DNA of 39,135 nucleotides from Dehalococcoidia bacterium (GTDB lineage Bacteria; Chloroflexota; Dehalococcoidia; DSTF01; WHTK01): NCBI GenBank assembly GCA_036514755.1, contig DATBWN010000022.1, positions 1 to 39,135 of the forward strand, read 5' to 3'. Shown piece by piece: positions 1 to 6,310 of this stretch (position 1 is its first letter; each line of letters starts with the position of its first letter). The notes under the pieces were generated by a model. It saw only the letters and a program-made list of their open reading frames with translations, ran no database searches and was not told where the DNA came from. The position numbers and the translations under genes were made by a program.

Positions 1-1830
1 GCCAGTCTCGATGTCACGCGTGTCGCCCTGGAAGACCTGGTAGTTGCCCACGGCGGGCCAGGCGAGCCCGAAGCTGCTGGCGATGCCCGGCTGGGTGACG
101 CCGTACTGCTTCCCGGCGAGGTAGCGCTGCAGCTCCTGAAGCTGCCCGACCCGCTTCTTGACGTCCATCTCCGCCTTCGCCTTGTCGATGAGCGCGTCCA
201 CCTGCGGGTCGCCCGATTGGTCGCCTTTGCCGCCGACGTCGAACCCGAGGGCGCCGCTCGTCGCGCCGGATTTCGAGTAGTAGCGCCAGACGTAGTAGTC
301 CACGGGGTCGGCAGACGAGGTAGCACCGAACCTGTAAGCCCAGCCCTCGAACTTCCCCTGCGCCGTGACGACCTTCGGCAGGTAGTCGAGGTTATAGTCG
401 ATGGGCTTCGGCACGGGCTTGAGGCCCACCTCTTTCGCGTAGGCGTCGAGCACCTCGACGCGCCGGATGAAATCCGCGCCGAAGAACAGCTGCGTGATGT
501 ACTGGGACGGGTACTCGGGCGCGCCGTTAGGGAAAGCGGCTGCGACGAGCTTCTTCGCTTCGGCCACGTTGTAGGTGTAGTACTTAGCGTTGTCGCCAAA
601 GGTCTTGGCGTCCCGCGGGTCCAGCGTGACGTCGGGCACGTAGCCCATGGCCGTGTAGTAGTAGGTTTCCATGGGCAGGCCTTCCTTCTCGAAGGCGGAG
701 ATGTTGTAGAAGGTGTCGAGGAAAGTGTCGCGGTCGAACGACATGGCGACCGCCTGACGCACGCGGTCGTCGAGGAAGGGTGACTTCTGACCGCCAATGG
801 GCGACCAGCCGAAGCCGATCATCGCCGTCGGGTTCGCCGTTGACGGAAGCCACTGGTACATGCTCAGCGCCTTCGTCTCTCTCTTCGTGGTGACGATGTC
901 CTGGGGTTGCACGCCCGGGTTCAACCCCACGTTTGTCCCGAAGACGTAGACGTTGCCGGCCTTGAACTGGCTCAGCTGCGTCGCGTACTGGGGGACTGTG
1001 ACTACCTCGATGGTGTCGATGTACGGCTCGGTCTTGTTCCAGTAATCCGGATTGCGTTTGTAGGTGAAGCCAACGGAGGGCGTGTACTTATCGAGGATGT
1101 AGGCGCCCGTGCCGATCTGGCCTGTCTTCGGGTCGAAACCGTTCTCCGTCTCCTTCGGCTGGATCGAGCCCAACTCGCCGGTGATCATGGTGCCAAACCG
1201 CTGCATGATGTAGGAGCTGGGCTCCTTTAGCTTGAAGACGACGGTCTTGGGGTCCGGCGCTGTGGCCGACAGGATGGGCGCGGCCGAGTTGACGGAGTTA
1301 GCGTTCGAGGCGCGGTTGCCGCCCTTGGCCTCATACCGCTTCCAGTTCTGAACGACGTCGGAGGAGTCGAAGGCGCGGCCGTTGACCGGCGCCTTGTTGT
1401 GCCACTTCACGCCCTGGCGCAACGTGAAGACGAGCTCGGTCCCGTCGGCGGAGAACTCCCACTTCTCCGCCAGGCCCGGCACAACCTCCGTACGGCTGGA
1501 CGGCTCCCTGTGGCCGGGCTTTCCCGCGACGAGCGAGCCGTAAGCGAGGCCATTGAGGATATTTAGCTGGATCTGGCCCTGGATGACGCCGTCGAGGTGG
1601 TTCGGCTCCCCAGTCGCGAACCATTTGAGCGTGCCGCCGCGTTTCGCCGACTTCGACGTGTCCTCGATCTGGGCGACGAGACCACTCGTGTCGCCTTTGA
1701 CGCCCTCCTCGCCGCCGCCGCCACCGCAGGCCGAAAGAATGGCGGTCCCGAGAGCGAGACCGCCGGATGCCGCTATTGCGCGCCTGCGACTGATGCGGCT
1801 GTGGAGAACCTTGTCCCAGTAGCTTGCCAC
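1..1830 (-). CDS. ABC transporter substrate-binding lipoprotein, family 5 (peptide/oligopeptide/nickel type); its 3' end runs off the window
   Basis: Absent from the ORF track because it is open at the window edge. My reverse-strand translation from GTG 1830..1828 gives 610 uninterrupted codons. The N-terminus is VASYWDKVLHSRISRRRAIAASGGLALGTAILSACGGGGGEEG (Arg-rich n-region plus lipobox LSAC). Later segments are typical of SBP_bac_5 proteins: GTLKWFATGEPNHLDG, LAEKWEFSADGTELVFTLRQGVKWHN, TGAYILDKYTPSVGFTYKRNPDYWNK and VDALIDKAKAEMDVKKRVGQLQELQRYL. GGAGGGGAGAAC precedes the GTG. Confidence 0.8.
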   Translation of the reverse strand, partial: MASYWDKVLHSRISRRRAIAASGGLALGTAILSACGGGGGEEGVKGDTSGLVAQIEDTSKSAKRGGTLKWFATGEPNHLDGVIQGQIQLNILNGLAYGSLVAGKPGHREPSSRTEVVPGLAEKWEFSADGTELVFTLRQGVKWHNKAPVNGRAFDSSDVVQNWKRYEAKGGNRASNANSVNSAAPILSATAPDPKTVVFKLKEPSSYIMQRFGTMITGELGSIQPKETENGFDPKTGQIGTGAYILDKYTPSVGFTYKRNPDYWNKTEPYIDTIEVVTVPQYATQLSQFKAGNVYVFGTNVGLNPGVQPQDIVTTKRETKALSMYQWLPSTANPTAMIGFGWSPIGGQKSPFLDDRVRQAVAMSFDRDTFLDTFYNISAFEKEGLPMETYYYTAMGYVPDVTLDPRDAKTFGDNAKYYTYNVAEAKKLVAAAFPNGAPEYPSQYITQLFFGADFIRRVEVLDAYAKEVGLKPVPKPIDYNLDYLPKVVTAQGKFEGWAYRFGATSSADPVDYYVWRYYSKSGATSGALGFDVGGKGDQSGDPQVDALIDKAKAEMDVKKRVGQLQELQRYLAGKQYGVTQPGIASSFGLAWPAVGNYQVFQGDTRDIETG

Positions 1831-2115
1831 GTTCTCCCCTCCTAGTATCCAGCCGCGGCCCGCCGCGGCGCTTTACATCGGCCACATGATTGCACCGCCT
1901 GGCTGCCGCGTCAATCGCAAGCGGTGTGCGATGTACAGCGCCTTCGCTTCGAAAGCAACCCTTGGCCGCCCCGCAAGCGGATTCCGTAGCGAGGCGCGAC
2001 GTCGATCCCCTGGACCTCTCAGTCACGGCGCCGGCCGCAACGGTCCTCCATTCCGGGCACGCAGAGGTCGCCTATACCAGGTGACGATCACGAATCGGCA
2101 GCGAGTTATTCTAAC

Positions 2116-2180
2116 TTGTCTAGCTTGGAATTGGTGTTTGGCGCTTTCCTGGCTTGAAACCGCAGTTGTCTAGCTTGGAA
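2116..2180. repeat. Two exact 15-bp direct repeats TTGTCTAGCTTGGAA (2116-2130 and 2166-2180), start-to-start spacing exactly 50 bp, in a lower-GC intergenic region
   Basis: Read directly from the sequence. The repeats lie about 290-350 bp upstream of the SBP gene start (minus strand) and about 165-230 bp upstream of the small plus-strand ORF at 2345. They may be an operator or promoter element; function is unknown. Confidence 0.6.
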
Positions 2181-2344
2181 GGCCTCGAACCTAATGGGGT
2201 TCAAGTGAACTACTGCTCGCATCCAGCCCAACCAGGACCGACGGACTCGCCGGCCAGCTGTCCGGACCTTGGCGAACCGACCCTCAAGCGCCCGTTGACG
2301 CCTTCAACGGCCCCTTCTATAGTTCCGGCGTAGAGGACGCATCG

Positions 2345-2587
2345 TTGGAAACGATCATTTCGGCCCTCATTGCCGGAGTAGCGACGATCACCGCCGCGCT
2401 GATTGCTAACAAGGCAGTCCGCGTGACGATCAACCCTCCGGGCTGGGTCCATGCGTTCGGTTTGGTGTTAGCGGCGGTCGTCTTCGTTGTCCTTACGATT
2501 GGTACCAAGAAGGCCATCGAGCCGGGCCCATCCGACGGAGGAGAGCGCGAGATCCAGTTACTGGACGAGCCCCTCGTACCCCAATAG
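2345..2587 (+). CDS. Small hypothetical membrane protein (80 aa, two predicted TM helices)
   Basis: TTG start at 2345, 7 nt after GAGGA (2333-2337). Two hydrophobic stretches (IISALIAGVATITAALIA and AFGLVLAAVVFVVLTI) precede an acidic tail. The region has lower GC than the surroundings. No recognisable family. Confidence 0.4.
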   Translation: METIISALIAGVATITAALIANKAVRVTINPPGWVHAFGLVLAAVVFVVLTIGTKKAIEPGPSDGGEREIQLLDEPLVPQ

Positions 2588-2798
2588 GCGTAGTCGGACA
2601 GCACGAAGAGAAGGTGCACCTAGAAGCACCAGGGCGAACCAGACTTCCTCGACGCTAGGCGCACCGCCAGTTCCAGACTCTTTCACCTGGCGGATCAGGG
2701 CGTTAGTAGCCGGTGCAGGTCCTCGCGGGCGAGCGGCCTAGAGCTGTAGGCCAGTCTTAGCTCACGGGAATCGTCGCGCCCATCTCAGGCTTCCGGCT

Positions 2799-4133
2799 TT
2801 ACCTACCTTTACAGGTGGTAGGCGGCGAGGTTTGACTCGAACCGCTAGCTTTGACTTCGTCCGGCCGACGGTCAAGAAGTTCCTTCTTCTTTGCCTCGTG
2901 CTCCTTCTGCTTCGCCGCGTCCAAGCAGTAGTAGTGCCCCAGCGCCGCGTCGATCAGGCTGACGCGCGTGGCGCGCTGCATTCGACCGGTGCCAGGCTTC
3001 TCTGGGTCGAGCGCCTCGTGATAGAAGGCGAGGAACTCGCGCTCGTTTGCGTTCTGACCGCCTGCAAGACCCGTACGCCACTGGTTGATGTGCTCCAGCT
3101 CGTGGCCAACCTGCAGCACGCGCCGGGCAAAGTGCCTCTCGGTTGTCCCATTCAAGAAGTAGTTTCCAACGCTAATCTTCCCCCTGCTCTTTGCCTTATC
3201 TCTATCGGCCGACATCGCTTCCACGGTGTCCAGCCCGGTCCCTGCCTTCGCATCGTCAAAGACAACGGCATCGACCTTCGCCCTCTCGCCCGGGTAGTAG
3301 GCGTCAATGATCGCGTTGACCACCTCCACCGCTCGTACCTCGGCATCCTTCGTCGTGTCCTGGGCTTTGGCGATAATTGCTTTCGCCGTCGCGTCGAGCA
3401 CGTTTGCATCTGCAGGCTTCTTTGCGCCGGTAGGCGCTTGTCCCGCATCAGGTTCTTTCTGGCCTGCATCAGGTGCCGTGCCAGCATCTGGATCAGGCTT
3501 CCTCTGCCTAAACACAGTGCCATCATGCGACGCGCTGTCCTGTTGGGCCACGTGCGCCAGCTCATGCGCCAGGAGGCGCTCGCCCGCGCTCGTCCCCGGC
3601 GCGTACTGTCCCGCGTCGAAGACGATGTCCCGACCCACGGTGTAGGCAAGCGCGTTCACCGAACGGGCCGACTCCGCGGCGAGCTCATCGGCGTGGACGC
3701 GCACGTCGCCGAAGTCGCGGCCGAAGCGTGACTCCATGAGTGAACGCGTCTCCGCGTCGAGCGTCTCGCCGGGCGAGCGCAGCACCTCGCCGACGACGGG
3801 CGGCGCGTCATGACACGGACACGACTCCGACGGCACGGAGCCGCAGCGCTGCAGGCCCGGCACCGCTGGGGCGCCCACATCGCCGGCGAGCCGCCCGCCG
3901 GCGATGACGGCATCGGCGACGGTGTCGGCCTCGCGCTCCAGCGCGTCTCCGGGCTCGCTGACCGCGAGCTTCGCCATGAGCGACGCGCCGGTGCAGCGGG
4001 GACAGCCGCCGCCGCAGGCGCAGGCGCCGTCCGGCCCACGGTCACCGGTCGGGCTGCGTGACAGCCGGGGGAGGCTTGAGGGCGCGCGGCCGGCGCCGCC
4101 GGTAACCCTTTCCGCCCTGAGAGCAGCGATCAT
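2799..4133 (-). CDS. eCIS cargo/toxin candidate E1: shared Cys-knuckle leader, full DUF4157 HExxH module, and a second C-terminal HExxH module
   Basis: The leader is ...GACACGGGCPRCTGASLMAKLAVSEPGDALEREADTVADAVIAG...LQRC. The DUF4157-type core is ETRSLMESRFGRDFGDVRVHADELAAESARSVNALAYTVGRDIVFDAGQYAPGTSAGERLLAHELAHVAQQ, with HELAH at nt 3552-3566. A second motif, VLQVGHELEHINQW (nt 3090-3104), sits in a Lys-rich, lower-GC C-terminal module. Confidence 0.85.
   Translation of the reverse strand: MIAALRAERVTGGAGRAPSSLPRLSRSPTGDRGPDGACACGGGCPRCTGASLMAKLAVSEPGDALEREADTVADAVIAGGRLAGDVGAPAVPGLQRCGSVPSESCPCHDAPPVVGEVLRSPGETLDAETRSLMESRFGRDFGDVRVHADELAAESARSVNALAYTVGRDIVFDAGQYAPGTSAGERLLAHELAHVAQQDSASHDGTVFRQRKPDPDAGTAPDAGQKEPDAGQAPTGAKKPADANVLDATAKAIIAKAQDTTKDAEVRAVEVVNAIIDAYYPGERAKVDAVVFDDAKAGTGLDTVEAMSADRDKAKSRGKISVGNYFLNGTTERHFARRVLQVGHELEHINQWRTGLAGGQNANEREFLAFYHEALDPEKPGTGRMQRATRVSLIDAALGHYYCLDAAKQKEHEAKKKELLDRRPDEVKASGSSQTSPPTTCKGR
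3610..3860. repeat. Copy A of a 251-bp near-identical dispersed repeat (partner at 7647-7897)
   Basis: Aligned by hand at an offset of 4037 nt: 4 mismatches in 251 nt. It encodes the core of the DUF4157 module of E1. Flanking sequence is homologous but much more diverged. Confidence 0.9.
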
Positions 4134-4206
4134 GGCGCCCCCAGCTTACACCGCATTGGACGTGCCCGTAATTCCAGACTCCCGGCCTTCAACGTGGCTC
4201 TCCAGG

Positions 4207-5139
4207 CTAGAACCGGAGCTCCAGCTGCGGTACGCCGGTCCCGAAAAAGCCTCCTTCGCGCTCGGTTGCCAGGGGCCACTGGCGCGGCGGCAAGCCGGCG
4301 GCCGTCTCCTCGAAGACCACCTGGCCGCCGATCAGGGGCCGCGAGGCGCGCACCTCGCTGATCAGCTTTTGCATGATCGGGTCGCTCTGAAGCCACGGAT
4401 ACGTGAAGTAGTTGTCTATGATGACCGCCTGCTGCTCGGCGTCGTAGTCGTGGATGCTCTTCCCGGCCTCCAGCGTGTAATTGCCTGCCAGGTGTCTGCT
4501 GCCTGCCAGCATGCCCGCGACCTGGTGAAATGCCGAGTCCGAGATGTAGCCGGAGCCCTTGGTCTGGTACTGCCATACATGGGCAAGCTCGTGGATCAGG
4601 ACGCGCCGGGGCATCGTGTAACCGGGCGGCACACGGATCGTGTCACCGAGGGTCGTCGGCGCGCTGAGCAGGGGCGAATACACCATCCTGACGCGGCTCA
4701 GGTCTATGCTGCTTTCGAACACGGCCAGGGCGTCCGCGGCCTCGGTCGAGCTAAGGGGGCTGCTGCCGATAGCGAAAGCTCCCTGTCCGCGGACCAAGCC
4801 GACCTCGAGAGACGGGGAGCGAAGGCTTGGTCCCGACGTCTGGCGCTGAACAAGAGTCCTGCTGCTGGCACGGACACTGCCCGCTGCGCCGCGCGGGCTC
4901 ATCTCGGCGTCCGCCGCGCGGTCCGCCTCTTGCCCCAGCGGGTCTTCGGGCTGGCTCATCTCCAGCTTCGGCATGAGCGACGCGCCGGCGCAGCGCGGGC
5001 AGCCGCCGCCGCAGGCGCAAGCACCGTCTCCAACGTGCTCCGCGGGGCCCCAAGGCACCGCCTGGCGCTGGAGCGTCGGCGGCGCTGCATGGTTGGCTGA
5101 CAGCCGCTCAGGGATGTGCGCGACTAATCTCGACAACAC
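4207..5139 (-). CDS. eCIS cargo/toxin candidate E2: shared leader plus a divergent HExxH zincin-like domain
   Basis: GTG start at 5139, 1 nt after the stop of the upstream ORF. The leader is TLQRQAVPWGPAEHVGDGACACGGGCPRCAGASLMPKLEMSQPEDPLGQEADRAADAEM...LVQRQ. The C-terminal part contains GDTIRVPPGYTMPRRVLIHELAHVWQYQTKG. The protein ends in ...LELRF. Confidence 0.8.
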   Translation of the reverse strand: MLSRLVAHIPERLSANHAAPPTLQRQAVPWGPAEHVGDGACACGGGCPRCAGASLMPKLEMSQPEDPLGQEADRAADAEMSPRGAAGSVRASSRTLVQRQTSGPSLRSPSLEVGLVRGQGAFAIGSSPLSSTEAADALAVFESSIDLSRVRMVYSPLLSAPTTLGDTIRVPPGYTMPRRVLIHELAHVWQYQTKGSGYISDSAFHQVAGMLAGSRHLAGNYTLEAGKSIHDYDAEQQAVIIDNYFTYPWLQSDPIMQKLISEVRASRPLIGGQVVFEETAAGLPPRQWPLATEREGGFFGTGVPQLELRF

Positions 5140-5140
5140 T

Positions 5141-6187
5141 TCAGAAGCGGATCCCCCATTGAATCAGCGTAGGCGGAGACGTCTCGCGGCCGGGTTCGCC
5201 GGGCGTTGGCAGTTGCTCCGGGAACACCTGAAGGCCAGGGATCAAAGACGGTAGAGCCTCCCGGCCGATGTGAGCCGCCGCGCGCGTTGGATCGTAGTTA
5301 CAGAGCGCGCCTGTCCCGCGACTCCCTACAGGTGAGATCGCGTCGACGTGGACGGAGACGCTGTTCGAGCCGCCGATGGCCAGGTGGAGGCTGTCAGAGC
5401 TGGACACCTCGCGCACAGAGGTAGTGCCTGGGTGGAGCATGCCCCCGAGCGGCGTGTCGACGCAGAAGCGCGGATTAGCAAGCAGGCTCTTAAAGAACTC
5501 CTTGCTGTCTCTCACGATAACGTCGGCTCCGGCCACGCCGCCCTGCACTCGGAAGTAACGACAGTCGATGCCGCCCGTCCATACTCCGTCGAAGCGCAGC
5601 ACGTGGCTCCAGAGGCCGCGCTCGCGGAACCGATTGTAGATCGACCTGAGGCTGGCCCGCGCGCCCGGGCTTAGTCTCTCGAAGCACGCCGCGGCGCCGA
5701 GGCCTTCGCAGCCAAGGCCTTTCGCGCCGGCAGGCTCCGTGACGCTCGCTTCGAGCACGACCTGTAACTCCCGCGGCAAGTCGTCGAAGGGCGATGTAAC
5801 AGGCGGGGCGGCGGGCGCCGGCCCCGACGGCGGCGAAGTAGGCGCAGGCGTGGGGGAAGGCGCTGCTTGGCGCTGGAGCATCGCCGGCGGGCCGCTGCTG
5901 AGGCTCCGGCGTGCGGTGCCGGCGGAGAGCGGCGCCAACACGGCCTCCGCGACGCGGTCGGCCTCAACCTCCAGGGGGTCCCCGGGCTCGCTGATTGCGA
6001 GCTTAGGCATGAGCGAAGCGCCGGCGCAGCGCGGGCAGCCGCCGCCGCAGGCGCAGGCGCTAGCTTCTCCACAAACTGGATGCTGGACTGCCTCGGCCTT
6101 CCGCTTCAGAGAGGGGCCGTCGGCATCGAATCGGGGGGCGATCCGCGGTGGTGCACTCTTCGTTGCCACCGCCATGCGGCTGATCAC
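5141..6187 (-). CDS. eCIS cargo/toxin candidate E3: shared leader, Pro-rich linker, and a C-terminal domain of about 215 aa with no recognisable motif
   Basis: GTG start at 6187, 7 nt after GGAGG. The leader is ...ASACACGGGCPRCAGASLMPKLAISEPGDPLEVEADRVAEAVLA...MLQRQ, followed by the linker AAPSPTPAPTSPPSGPAPAAPP. No HExxH motif is present. The protein ends in ...WGIRF. Confidence 0.8.
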   Translation of the reverse strand: MISRMAVATKSAPPRIAPRFDADGPSLKRKAEAVQHPVCGEASACACGGGCPRCAGASLMPKLAISEPGDPLEVEADRVAEAVLAPLSAGTARRSLSSGPPAMLQRQAAPSPTPAPTSPPSGPAPAAPPVTSPFDDLPRELQVVLEASVTEPAGAKGLGCEGLGAAACFERLSPGARASLRSIYNRFRERGLWSHVLRFDGVWTGGIDCRYFRVQGGVAGADVIVRDSKEFFKSLLANPRFCVDTPLGGMLHPGTTSVREVSSSDSLHLAIGGSNSVSVHVDAISPVGSRGTGALCNYDPTRAAAHIGREALPSLIPGLQVFPEQLPTPGEPGRETSPPTLIQWGIRF

Positions 6188-6310
6188 CGGTCAGCCTCCG
6201 TTTGTCGACTCGCTCACTACGCGTGTCTACCCCTTACTGGGAGCCTACGAGATGCCACCCGTCCATGTCGCGGCTTCGACGCTTCGGACCGGTTCGGTCC
6301 AGGCGCAGTA

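Noticed and set aside
2198-2206. GGTTCAAGT, resembling a tRNA T-loop, in the intergenic region.
   Set aside because: I found no complementary T-stem, acceptor stem or anticodon arm around it. It is not a tRNA.
2292-2310. Hairpin CCGTTGA-CGCCT-TCAACGG upstream of the small ORF. Also the hairpins at 2664-2693 (7-bp stem, 16-nt loop) and 6286-6300 (6-bp stem, 3-nt loop).
   Set aside because: The stems are short and none is followed by a U-tract, so I cannot call intrinsic terminators. They may be incidental in GC-rich DNA.
3904-5100. Long plus-strand ORF (398 aa), together with many other ORFs antisense to the minus-strand genes (for example 217-783, 7118-7768, 10726-11982, 12757-14130, 15229-16452, 18033-19418, 19286-20395, 25585-26574, 30192-32039, 32877-33551).
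   Set aside because: They are Arg/Ala/Gly/Pro-rich and have no recognisable motifs. They lie opposite genes with strong family signatures. This is the usual stop-codon-poor antisense frame of high-GC DNA.
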